Source: Bacteroidia bacterium
GTDB lineage: Bacteria; Bacteroidota; Bacteroidia; NS11-12g; UBA955
DNA: 64,000 nucleotides
Direction of reading: 5' to 3'
NCBI GenBank assembly: GCA_030158725.1
Contig: JAOASJ010000101.1
Coordinates: forward strand, 26,101-90,100
The notes under the pieces were generated by a model. It worked only from the letters and a program-made list of their open reading frames with translations, was not told the origin of the DNA and did not search any database. Below, one piece after another: positions 8,447 to 17,322 of this stretch. How positions within the stretch are numbered: position 1 is the stretch's first letter; each line of letters begins with the position of its first letter. The position numbers were made by a program, and so were the translations under genes.

Positions 8447-10363
8447 ATGAAAAAACACATCATATTAGTCATTCTTTTACTATTTAGTTTTAAGAATGGG
8501 TACTCTATTTTAACGCCATTAGTTGATTCAATTCCAATGATAGATGGAAGGAAGCTAGCTGCCGACATATACATTCCAAATGGAATGGGAAGTGGTCCAG
8601 TTATCTTAATCCAAACCCCATACAATAGACAAATTTACCGTTTAACTGGATTGCCCTTGGGTGTTGGCGCAAACATTAATACCAGTAATTATGTATTTGT
8701 TGTGGCTGATTGGAGAGGGTTTTATGGATCAAAAAAAGCTGCTTATACTGGAAATCCGGATCGTACGAGAGATGGATATTCAACAGTAGAATGGATTGCT
8801 TCTCAATCTTGGAGCAATGGTAAAGTTGGAACTTGGGGCGCTTCAGCCTTGGGTAAAGTTCAATATCAAACAGCAAAAGGCAATCCACCACATTTAACTT
8901 GTATTTGCCCTTTAGTAGCGGCACCGCAATTTGAGTACAATGAATATTTCCCAAATGGTGCTTTAAGAACTGAATATGTTCAACAACTTGATGTGTTAGG
9001 CTTCGGACTGAGCACTGGATTAATGGCTCATCCTATCAAAGATACCTATTGGAACTTTGTAGAAAGCGCAAATGATTATCCTGACAGCATACAGGTGCCA
9101 TGTTTTATGATTGGAGGTTGGTATGACCACAATACACAGTTGATGATGGATTTCTATAATGATTTGATAACCCGCTCTCCAGTGGCTGTTAGGACAAAAC
9201 ATAAGCTTTTGATGGGTCCCTGGGTTCATGGCGGCCACAGCACAGCAAAAGTTGGCACAGCATCACAAGGTCAATTAAGTTACTCCAATGCACAAAATAA
9301 GAACGATAGCATGGCTATTCAATTCTTTGATTATTATCTTAGAAACATTAATAATAATTGGAATTCAACCCCAACTTACACTTTGTATCAAATGGGAGAA
9401 AATAAATGGTTAAATGAAGCTACTTGGCCTTTAAGTGGAGTCAAGACTTATCGCTTTTATCTTAACAAGAATGGTATATTGGATCAGAATTTACCTGTTT
9501 CAAGTTTCGATAGTTTAAATTACACCTACAACCCTAATGACCCATCACCTACGATTGGTGGTTGTACCCTAAGAAGTGACTTATTACAGGGCCCTTACAA
9601 CCAATTAACTGACATAGAAAGTCGAAGTGACGTAAAGGTATTCAGTTCGGCAATTCTAGCTAAGAATTTGGTGCTTAATGGACGAATTAAAGTCGTATTA
9701 AAAGTTAGTTCAAGTCAATTAGATACTGATTTTGATATTCGGGTGACAGATGTATACCCTGATGGAAAGTCCATGCTGCTAAACGATGCGGTTATGCGTA
9801 TGCGATTCCGTGACGGTTTTACTCAATCTCAAATTTCCATGATGATTCCAGGAAAAGTTTATGATTGTATAATTGAATTACCGACAACCTGTGTAACATT
9901 TTTAAGTGGTCATCAAATTAGGGTTATAATTTCATCTTCAAATTATCCTAAGTATAACCGTAATATGAACAATGGCCAGGCAATGTACCCTGGAAATAAT
10001 ACAGATTCTTTGTTGAATCCATTGAGTTCAATTAATACTATTTTTTGCAATAGCATTAACGCTTCTTATGTTGAATTACCTCTCCTGAATTTTAGCAGCA
10101 ATTTAGCTTCAGTATTAGATAAAAAAGCAGGTTTTATTGTTTTTCCAAATCCCGTGGGGAACAAACTAAAAGTTAGTTTTGGCGACAATTTTAATCCAAA
10201 TATGATTTTACATTTATTTAATCAATTAGGTCAAGAAGTGATGTGTGTTCAAGCGCATTCAAATGAATTTGAAATTGATTTAAGTGCTCAAGAAAGTGGT
10301 GCTTATTCTTTGGGGTATTTTGAAAATGGCAATTGGATGGTTGAAAGCTTTGTAAAAGAGTAA
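8447..10363 (+). CDS. CocE/NonD family (S15 X-Pro dipeptidyl-peptidase-like) hydrolase with T9SS C-terminal sorting domain
   Basis: Signal peptide, an alpha/beta-hydrolase nucleophile elbow GASALG, and a PKYNRN galactose-binding-like C-domain. The last ~80 aa (FIVFPNPVGNKLKV...GAYSLGYF) look like a type A T9SS C-terminal domain. Confidence 0.85.
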   Translation: MKKHIILVILLLFSFKNGYSILTPLVDSIPMIDGRKLAADIYIPNGMGSGPVILIQTPYNRQIYRLTGLPLGVGANINTSNYVFVVADWRGFYGSKKAAYTGNPDRTRDGYSTVEWIASQSWSNGKVGTWGASALGKVQYQTAKGNPPHLTCICPLVAAPQFEYNEYFPNGALRTEYVQQLDVLGFGLSTGLMAHPIKDTYWNFVESANDYPDSIQVPCFMIGGWYDHNTQLMMDFYNDLITRSPVAVRTKHKLLMGPWVHGGHSTAKVGTASQGQLSYSNAQNKNDSMAIQFFDYYLRNINNNWNSTPTYTLYQMGENKWLNEATWPLSGVKTYRFYLNKNGILDQNLPVSSFDSLNYTYNPNDPSPTIGGCTLRSDLLQGPYNQLTDIESRSDVKVFSSAILAKNLVLNGRIKVVLKVSSSQLDTDFDIRVTDVYPDGKSMLLNDAVMRMRFRDGFTQSQISMMIPGKVYDCIIELPTTCVTFLSGHQIRVIISSSNYPKYNRNMNNGQAMYPGNNTDSLLNPLSSINTIFCNSINASYVELPLLNFSSNLASVLDKKAGFIVFPNPVGNKLKVSFGDNFNPNMILHLFNQLGQEVMCVQAHSNEFEIDLSAQESGAYSLGYFENGNWMVESFVKE

Positions 10364-10365
10364 AT

Positions 10366-10968
10366 ATGAACAAATATTTTAAGAACATTGCTTTAACTGT
10401 TTTATTTGTTTTTAGTGCAATATTCATACAGCAATGTCGCGATTGCCCAAGTAAGCCTGTGCAACAGCAAAGAATTTATTCATATAAATTTAATCAAATT
10501 TATAAAATGAATTCAAATGGAGCCTATGTTTATTATGCTCCTGATTCAATACCTATGAATACTCTTGATTCTGTGTTTTTTACTTTTAGACCAGAAACGG
10601 CATTGGTAAGTCATTTTAATTTTAATGAAGGTTTAATGGCCTGTGATCCTGTCTTTCCACAAACCCAAGCCTTGGGAGACAGCCTTAAAATCATTACGCT
10701 TACTCAATTTGATGATCAGCATCCAATCAATTCAGATATTAGCGATTTTTTTAAATTATCTGAAGACTTTTACAATAGCTTTGGGCAGCAATCTAAGTTA
10801 AGCTATCCAATCAGTCAGTTTAAGCGGTTCTCAAATAGCACCAATTTTCTAACCATAGAACTAATTAAAAAACCACAATACAAGAGTCAAAAGCTAAAAT
10901 TGCTTGTATATAAAAATGATCTGGTAAATTCATACAATTTAGAATTACCTGATTTGATTTTTTATTAG
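10366..10968 (+). CDS. hypothetical lipoprotein
   Basis: 200-aa ORF that begins 3 nt after the hydrolase stop. It has a signal peptide followed by Cys (FIQQCRDC). I recognise no family. Confidence 0.55.
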   Translation: MNKYFKNIALTVLFVFSAIFIQQCRDCPSKPVQQQRIYSYKFNQIYKMNSNGAYVYYAPDSIPMNTLDSVFFTFRPETALVSHFNFNEGLMACDPVFPQTQALGDSLKIITLTQFDDQHPINSDISDFFKLSEDFYNSFGQQSKLSYPISQFKRFSNSTNFLTIELIKKPQYKSQKLKLLVYKNDLVNSYNLELPDLIFY

Positions 10969-10970
10969 AC

Positions 10971-11582
10971 TTATAGGTTTAAATATTCATCAATTGTATT
11001 TTCTTCTGTTTCTTCTTCCCATATTTTTGGAGGGTCCGCTTGAGGTCCTTCGTTTTTAAAGAGAAATGAAAGGAGAATTCCTACTATTGCCCCAAAGAGA
11101 TGGCTTTCCCAACTTACACCTTCTTCTAGTGGGAAAACTCCCCAAAGCAATCCACTTTGGAATACTAAGGTAAGCAATGCAAACACCAATATTTTTTTGT
11201 TTTTCCGAATTAGACCACTTACAAAAACAAACAATACCAAAGCATATACTAGGCCACTTGCGCCAATATGAAAAGCAGAACGTGCGAACAACCAAATCAG
11301 CACTCCTGTAAGTAAGTGGCAGATTAAAGTCACTTTTAATGCAATTTCTTTATAAAAATAGAATAGGCCGAATAAACATACAAATAAAGGCAAACTGTTA
11401 GAACTTAAATGCTCTAAATCCTTATGCACAAAGACAGTCGAGAAGATGCCAGATAAATAGTGGAAGTCTCTTGGATAAATAGCTAAGGCTTGTTTTATGT
11501 TTGGCCATATTAAGCCTGAGATAAAAGAGATAATCATCAGGCCTAGGTAAACATAGGGTACTATAAATTTATTTCTTAACAC
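10971..11582 (-). CDS. rhomboid family intramembrane serine protease
   Basis: TM2 H..H...N motif (FVHKDLEHLSSN) and catalytic GASG (HIGASGLVYAL), with about 6 TM segments. The longest ORF reaches 11735 but would then overlap the divergent UbiA gene. The GTG at 11582 gives MLRNKFIVPYVYLGL.., a family-typical short N-terminus. The start remains uncertain. Confidence 0.8.
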   Translation of the reverse strand: MLRNKFIVPYVYLGLMIISFISGLIWPNIKQALAIYPRDFHYLSGIFSTVFVHKDLEHLSSNSLPLFVCLFGLFYFYKEIALKVTLICHLLTGVLIWLFARSAFHIGASGLVYALVLFVFVSGLIRKNKKILVFALLTLVFQSGLLWGVFPLEEGVSWESHLFGAIVGILLSFLFKNEGPQADPPKIWEEETEENTIDEYLNL

Positions 11583-11634
11583 CTGTGATGAACAATTAAT
11601 TTGCAATATAAAATAAATTTCTGAATATTGAATT

Positions 11635-12507
11635 GTGAAAAGCCCAACTGACTTAGTTTTGAGAAACCCCATACATGTTATTCGTCCAATCAATTTGACG
11701 CTTATCACAGCCACTATGTTTGTGGTTTTGTTCAAGTATAAAGATGAATTGGCAACAAATTATTGGTTTCACGCCATATTCTTAATTTTGCCAGCAGTAC
11801 TAAGCGCTGCAGCTGGATATGTAGTCAATGACATTTTTGACATAGAAACAGATAAAGTAAATAAACCAAGTAGCTGCATAGTTGGTCATAGTCTTAGTGT
11901 CAAATCTGCGTGGATTTTATATGCAATATTAACAGTATTATCCTTAGTTGTTTCTTATTTTTTTAGCCAACAATATGCTATAATCAATGTCTCAATTATG
12001 GGATTATTATATCTATATGCTGCAAAATTAAAAGGCATGCCTTTAATTGGCAATATGGTGGTTGCCTTGTGCAGCGCGGCGGTTGTAGCTATCTGTGTTT
12101 TGTTAATTGCATTTGATACCAAACCAGCAATTATGAATTTTACTGGTTATATTATTTTTTCTTTCTTCATTAGTTTAATAAGAGAGCTAGTTAAAGATAT
12201 GCAAGATGTGGATGGTGATTTGGCTGCTGGATTAAAGACTTACCCAATAGTTGCCGGAATTAAAGGAACTAAAATAATGATCTATATTATTACAGGAATA
12301 GAAATAATGCTATGTGGTTTGTATAGCTTTTTAAGCTGGGGCTTAGATTTATATGCAGGATCTGTTTTAATGGGCATAATAACTTTAGGACTCTTGTATT
12401 TCATCAACCATATTTCTAAAACTAAGTCAAAAGAAGAGTATGGAGCATCGAGCAAATTATTGAAGTACATAATGTTTGCAGGCGTAATTAACTTAATCTT
12501 TGCATAA
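11635..12507 (+). CDS. UbiA family prenyltransferase (DGGGP-synthase-like)
   Basis: 290 aa and about 8 TM segments. It carries the first Asp-rich motif NDIFDIETDKVNKP and the second motif KDMQDVDGD. The start is GTG. The stop overlaps the maf ATG by 1 nt. Confidence 0.85.
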   Translation: MKSPTDLVLRNPIHVIRPINLTLITATMFVVLFKYKDELATNYWFHAIFLILPAVLSAAAGYVVNDIFDIETDKVNKPSSCIVGHSLSVKSAWILYAILTVLSLVVSYFFSQQYAIINVSIMGLLYLYAAKLKGMPLIGNMVVALCSAAVVAICVLLIAFDTKPAIMNFTGYIIFSFFISLIRELVKDMQDVDGDLAAGLKTYPIVAGIKGTKIMIYIITGIEIMLCGLYSFLSWGLDLYAGSVLMGIITLGLLYFINHISKTKSKEEYGASSKLLKYIMFAGVINLIFA

Positions 12508-13085
12508 TGCTACCATTTTTCAAAAAGAAGATATTACTAGCTTCTCAGAGCCCAAGAAGGCATCAATTAATTGCCGATAGTGGTTTTGAATTAGAAATAA
12601 TTAAAATAGATGTTGAAGAAGATTTTCATCCTGAACTTAAGGCTGCTGAAATTCCTGAGTATTTAGCGAAAAAGAAAAGCGATGCTTATTCTCAAGAATT
12701 ATTAGATGATTCATTATTAGTTACAGCAGATACAGTTGTATGGGTAAATGGGCATGTTTTAAACAAACCTAGTTCACTATTAGAGGCAAAGGATATGTTA
12801 AAGACCCTGTCTTCAAATGTTCATACAGTTTACACCGGTGTCTGTGTGAAATCTAGAACGAATACAATAGTGTTTTCAGAAGCTACCAATGTTTATTTTA
12901 ATTCACTAAGTGATGAAATGATTGATTATTATTTGCAAAATTATTCTCCTTTAGATAAAGCTGGAGCATATGGAATACAAGAGTTTATAGGATATGTAGG
13001 CATTCAAAAAATTGAAGGATGTTACTACAATGTGATGGGCTTTCCTGTATCTCGATTTATCCACGAAATACAAGCAATGCAATAG
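12507..13085 (+). CDS. maf: Maf family nucleoside triphosphate pyrophosphatase
   Basis: 192 aa with ILASQSPRRHQLI, TADTVV and KAGAYGIQE motifs. Confidence 0.93.
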   Translation: MLPFFKKKILLASQSPRRHQLIADSGFELEIIKIDVEEDFHPELKAAEIPEYLAKKKSDAYSQELLDDSLLVTADTVVWVNGHVLNKPSSLLEAKDMLKTLSSNVHTVYTGVCVKSRTNTIVFSEATNVYFNSLSDEMIDYYLQNYSPLDKAGAYGIQEFIGYVGIQKIEGCYYNVMGFPVSRFIHEIQAMQ

Positions 13086-13111
13086 ATATCTTCATTTTAC
13101 GTTTTACAACA

Positions 13112-14170
13112 ATGAATAAAATTATACTCGTATTAATAGTTTTTTGTAACAGTTTTTATCTCAAGGCTGATTTAGTTTTGGGTATGCATGCAAAAGGAAA
13201 CCACGTGGCTTTTGCATTTAAAAAAACAATAAGAGTTGTTTCTGTTATTAGAGATTCTTTGTTGTTTGAGAAGGAAATTTGCAAGGACACCCATATTGTC
13301 AACTTGATATATCAAAAAGCGAAGTCTTTGGCTATAAGAGATGGTAATGAAAATCCTTTCTTACTAGATAATATTAAAGACTTTACAACAGTTAACTTGA
13401 CTTATTTTAACAATGATTTATGGATAGGATTTCGTTATTATGCAAAAAAGCAAAAGGAATCAATTTGGAAGTATGGGGTAATAAGATTAGATGCTGATTA
13501 TACCTTTAAAAACTTCTATTTATTAAAATTACCAGCCCAACATGCATTTACCTTTCCGCCTTATTTTCCTTTAGAATTTAAGGATAAACAAACCTTGTTA
13601 ATGCCGGATGTTGATTCTGGTAAAATGGTGTTCAGGGAATTTAACATCAGCGAAATCCAAAATGAAATTACTCTAGGTAATATTTTTAAAAAGAATGTGC
13701 AAATGCGACCTTATGTTCAAGTAAAATATCCTCAAGGTATAGTGCTTGATCCCTCTTTTTATTCAATTCAAGGAGACAAATATGAGCGTTATTTTATGTT
13801 TCCTAAACCAGTTTTATTAAAAGACAACAAAAAGGTAGTATTGGATATCTTTGGTTTGAAATATCAATTGAAGACCAATGCTGTACCAAGATTTTCAGAT
13901 GGCTCGTTTTTGTTGTTTAATCGATACATTTCAACTGATACAATTATATTATTGGCAAGCTTTAAAGACAAAGATTCAATAAAATTTTTAGTAAGCATCC
14001 CTGATAAAGAACGCGTTTGGTTGGAAAATTATAGTATAAACCAAGAACTTTATACTTTTGATTATCTTAAATCTCCTTCATATGATACCTATTTCATCAT
14101 TCAAGAAAGGCGGATAATTACTTTAAATTTAAATGACAAAGTTTCTAAAATAAAAATTCTCACTTATTAG
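13112..14170 (+). CDS. hypothetical secreted protein
   Basis: The ATG at 13112 gives a clean signal peptide (MNKIILVLIVFCNSFYLKA). The upstream part of the track ORF (from 13019) overlaps the maf 3' end. I recognise no family. Confidence 0.6.
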   Translation: MNKIILVLIVFCNSFYLKADLVLGMHAKGNHVAFAFKKTIRVVSVIRDSLLFEKEICKDTHIVNLIYQKAKSLAIRDGNENPFLLDNIKDFTTVNLTYFNNDLWIGFRYYAKKQKESIWKYGVIRLDADYTFKNFYLLKLPAQHAFTFPPYFPLEFKDKQTLLMPDVDSGKMVFREFNISEIQNEITLGNIFKKNVQMRPYVQVKYPQGIVLDPSFYSIQGDKYERYFMFPKPVLLKDNKKVVLDIFGLKYQLKTNAVPRFSDGSFLLFNRYISTDTIILLASFKDKDSIKFLVSIPDKERVWLENYSINQELYTFDYLKSPSYDTYFIIQERRIITLNLNDKVSKIKILTY

Positions 14171-14194
14171 GAGGACATTAGGCGATAAAATTGA

Positions 14195-14202
14195 TATTTT
14201 TG
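14195..14202 (+). promoter_or_regulatory. -7 box TATTTTTG, 13 nt upstream of the PKD-protein ATG
   Basis: Exact TAnnTTTG match. Confidence 0.55.
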
Positions 14203-14215
14203 TTGTCTATAGATT

Positions 14216-15307
14216 ATGAAGAGAATTTACCTTTTGTTGTTTTGTTTGATTGCTTCGGCAACTATTCAAGCTCAAACACCTTGTCAACTGTCATTGGATT
14301 CAATATATTTAGACCAGGCGGCAAGTAATTGTAACCATTTGTACTTTAAGTATAAAGTTTCAGGAGGTACAGCAAGTTCATATAATTGGACTTATGGTGA
14401 TGGCAATAGTTGCGCTTGTTACAAACCTAAAAATTTTTACACCAAAAACGGCACTTACCAAGTTTGTGGAAGAATTCAAGATGCAAATGGATGCAAAGAC
14501 TCATTGTGTATTACAGTGAATGTTAATTGCACAAATCCTTGTGATTTAAGTGAAATAGGTATTTATTCATTTGATACGGTAAGTTACAATTGCAATGAGT
14601 ATGAATTTGTTTCTTTTGTAAGTCCAAATGCCAAACGAATAGTATGGGAATTTGGAGATGGAGATTCATCCAACAGCAAATATTCTTTACACACTTTTCA
14701 AAAAAACGGGAATTATAAAGTTAGATTAATCGTTCAAGATTCAATCTCATGCGGAGATACTGCTAATCTGAGTATAGATATCAATTGTGATCAAAAAGCA
14801 CCATGTGATTTTCATATCAATAGAATAGATACTAGTTCAAAAGGAAATTGTAAAACCAAAGGTTTTGATTTGAGTTGCAATAAAACCCCAATAGAAGTGA
14901 AATGGAATTATGGGGATGGCAATTCAGAAACATCAGGAAAGCAGGTTCAACATTCTTATAAAGATACAGGGAACTATAATGTTTGTGCAATAGCAACAGA
15001 TAGTTTTGGATGTTCGGATACTCTTTGTATATCAATAGCTATAAAATGTCCAAAGTCAAGTGGTATTCATTTTACTTCAATTGATAGATCAAATATTTAT
15101 CCATCTCCATTTTCAAGTTATCTAAATGTAAAACTTGAATCAGATGCTACTATTATTGTATATGATCAAAAGCAGTCACTAGTATACGAATCAGATTTTA
15201 AAGATGGAATTGCTACTTTAGATTTAAGTAAATTAAGCAGCGGACTGTATTTTATATCAATAAAAACTTTCGAAGTGGTTCAGTTTTATAAAATAATAAA
15301 GGAATAA
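14216..15307 (+). CDS. PKD-repeat protein with T9SS C-terminal sorting domain
   Basis: Signal peptide and three ~90-aa Cys-framed repeats carrying the PKD motifs WTYGDGNS, WEFGDGDS and WNYGDGNS. The C-terminus (IYPSPFSSYLNVKL...GLYFISIKT) looks like a T9SS C-terminal domain. Confidence 0.85.
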   Translation: MKRIYLLLFCLIASATIQAQTPCQLSLDSIYLDQAASNCNHLYFKYKVSGGTASSYNWTYGDGNSCACYKPKNFYTKNGTYQVCGRIQDANGCKDSLCITVNVNCTNPCDLSEIGIYSFDTVSYNCNEYEFVSFVSPNAKRIVWEFGDGDSSNSKYSLHTFQKNGNYKVRLIVQDSISCGDTANLSIDINCDQKAPCDFHINRIDTSSKGNCKTKGFDLSCNKTPIEVKWNYGDGNSETSGKQVQHSYKDTGNYNVCAIATDSFGCSDTLCISIAIKCPKSSGIHFTSIDRSNIYPSPFSSYLNVKLESDATIIVYDQKQSLVYESDFKDGIATLDLSKLSSGLYFISIKTFEVVQFYKIIKE

Positions 15308-15922
15308 TTAAATACTGTAAGGAACCCTTGCCGTTAATGATCTGCCAAGGGTTATTTCATCGGTGTACTCTAATTCACTTCCAACAGAGATGCCCTTGCT
15401 TATTGTACTTATTTTGAGGTTGAATTTTTGTAATTTTCTTGCCAAATAAAATGCAGTTGTATCACCTTCGATATTGGCATTTAAAGCAATGATAATTTCT
15501 TCTGCTTCATTTTCACTTAATCGATTCACTAGGGCCTCTATATTTAATTCTTCTGGACCTACTCCATCAATTGGCGAGATTAATCCTCCTAGAACGTGGT
15601 ATAGGCCGTTAAATTGAGCAGTATTTTCTATTGCCATAACATCCATCATGTCTTCAACTACACAGATGATGCTTTTGTTGCGGTTTACGCTGTTACAGAT
15701 GCTGCAAATAGGCGTATCGCTGATATTACAACACACAGTACATTGCATTAACTCTGTTTTTAATTTAAATAAAACATTAGAGAGATTTTCGGCTTCCTCA
15801 TTGGGACGCTTCAATAGGTACATTACCATTCTTAAGGCACTTCGTTTACCAACTCCTGGAAATCCAGAAAGTGCTTCAACTGCGTTCTCTATTGTTTTTG
15901 AAGAAAAATTCAAGTTGGGCAA
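15308..15922 (-). CDS. recR: recombination protein RecR
   Basis: 204 aa with a helix-hairpin-helix GFPGVGKRSALR, a C4 zinc finger CTVCCNISDTPICSIC, and a Toprim region VVEDMMDVMAIE. The start is TTG. Confidence 0.93.
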   Translation of the reverse strand: MPNLNFSSKTIENAVEALSGFPGVGKRSALRMVMYLLKRPNEEAENLSNVLFKLKTELMQCTVCCNISDTPICSICNSVNRNKSIICVVEDMMDVMAIENTAQFNGLYHVLGGLISPIDGVGPEELNIEALVNRLSENEAEEIIIALNANIEGDTTAFYLARKLQKFNLKISTISKGISVGSELEYTDEITLGRSLTARVPYSI

Positions 15923-16006
15923 AATTACAAAATTAATCCAAGGAGAGACATTGGTTTTTTGTAATTTTTCTAATTGGAAGCTAATTGCTGTTAAATTCTT
16001 GGAAAT

Positions 16007-16573
16007 CTAATATACAAAGTCAAATCTTCCAGTAATTAATTTGTAATAGATACTGGAGTTGAAATCATATTTAAACTCAGCGTCACAGAAAACCAAATTG
16101 TAGGAACTGTTCCATTGATTGTATTGGACATGTAAAATTTCTTTGCCTGTTGACTTTGCAAATAACTTTGTGCTACCTAAGCTGTTGCCAATTAATTGCA
16201 AATAAGCATTGTAATTTTTTGCTCCAGATAAGGAGTTGCAAATTTGGAAATTATTGCTTTTCCCTGGTATAAAAGGCGCCAAAGTAATAATCATTTGGTC
16301 ATTTTGATTGCTGGTATAAGTTACGGTTAATTGGTCGTTAATTTTAGAAATAACAGGATTGCTTGACCCGAAATTAAGTTCGAAATTTAACAAGCTTATA
16401 CAATCAGTATTATTTACATTTGGGTTACAATTAGGGTTGGTAAATACTGGCCCAGCAGGTGTAATTACAGTATTGTTAGATTTAACCGTTGCAGGCCTTG
16501 AATCTTGTATGTTGTCACAAGAATTCAAAAACATTGCCAAGAGTATAAATATCGTTGAGTTTTTTAAATTCAT
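16007..16573 (-). CDS. hypothetical lipoprotein
   Basis: 188 aa with a lipobox-like LNSC. It is the last gene of a tightly packed three-gene minus-strand unit. Confidence 0.55.
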   Translation of the reverse strand: MNLKNSTIFILLAMFLNSCDNIQDSRPATVKSNNTVITPAGPVFTNPNCNPNVNNTDCISLLNFELNFGSSNPVISKINDQLTVTYTSNQNDQMIITLAPFIPGKSNNFQICNSLSGAKNYNAYLQLIGNSLGSTKLFAKSTGKEILHVQYNQWNSSYNLVFCDAEFKYDFNSSIYYKLITGRFDFVY

Positions 16574-16578
16574 ATTAA

Positions 16579-17322
16579 TTAAAAAGCGGCACCAATGCCA
16601 ATTGATAGGTTCAAAGTTCGGGCTTTCGAAAGGTAAAAGTTCAGATTTGTTTCGTTAAAATCTTCAATGTTCATAAAGCGTGTATTGGAAGTTGTCCAAA
16701 AATTAAATGGAATATTAAACGCAATGCTTTTTTGGATGAAAATATTTTTATTAATAAATCTTTTACTGCCAAATTCTAAGTTCAAAGATGATGTGTATTG
16801 AGTTTGATATAAACTAGTGCCATTTGGATTGCTTCCAATCAAATATAACATATTATCTTTTATGATTTTTTGTAAATTTAATGTGTAACCTATTTTGGTG
16901 TAGAAACCAAGAGGGGCAAGGGAACCACTAGCAAGGTTATAATATGATTTTGCAATTGAAAAATAGGTATTTCTGTATTCAACAGATCCTTCGATAGGCG
17001 AACTATAAGCGGTATTACTAAATGCAAGTCTGTTGTTTTTGTTTTCTACGAATGGATAATAAGAACTTGAGTATATTGTATTTTTACTGTTTCCAAATCC
17101 CAAGGTGATTGAACCTCTTCTGCTTAAAACACGCTCATAAGAAATGCCAATACTAGGTCTTAATAATTGCAAGAGAAAGTCTTCAGACGTAGCAAGATTA
17201 GATTGTATTTTGATGGCCGCCGCATTTTTAGATCCTAAGTAACCAGGTATACTTTTTCCATTGCTAGCAAATGAATAGAAATTAATTGAAAAACAAACAA
17301 ATAATATAAATTTCTTAATCAT
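16579..17322 (-). CDS. hypothetical outer-membrane beta-barrel protein
   Basis: 247 aa with a signal peptide, alternating hydrophobic pattern, high Y/N/S/G content, and a C-terminal ...SIGIGAAF aromatic terminus. Its start overlaps the M48 gene stop by 8 nt. Confidence 0.55.
   Translation of the reverse strand: MIKKFILFVCFSINFYSFASNGKSIPGYLGSKNAAAIKIQSNLATSEDFLLQLLRPSIGISYERVLSRRGSITLGFGNSKNTIYSSSYYPFVENKNNRLAFSNTAYSSPIEGSVEYRNTYFSIAKSYYNLASGSLAPLGFYTKIGYTLNLQKIIKDNMLYLIGSNPNGTSLYQTQYTSSLNLEFGSKRFINKNIFIQKSIAFNIPFNFWTTSNTRFMNIEDFNETNLNFYLSKARTLNLSIGIGAAF

Noticed and set aside
11582-11735. Apparent ~100-bp head-to-head overlap of the rhomboid and UbiA ORFs
   Set aside because: This is most simply an artefact of the longest-ORF call. 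A GTG at 11582 gives a family-typical rhomboid N-terminus and removes the overlap.
13019-13111. N-terminal extension of the 13112..14170 gene overlapping the maf 3' end
   Set aside because: The ATG at 13112 gives a clean signal peptide, while the extension has none and overlaps maf in another frame.
15648-16010. 120-aa plus-strand ORF opposite recR
   Set aside because: It is antisense to recR, whose zinc-finger and Toprim motifs are unambiguous.
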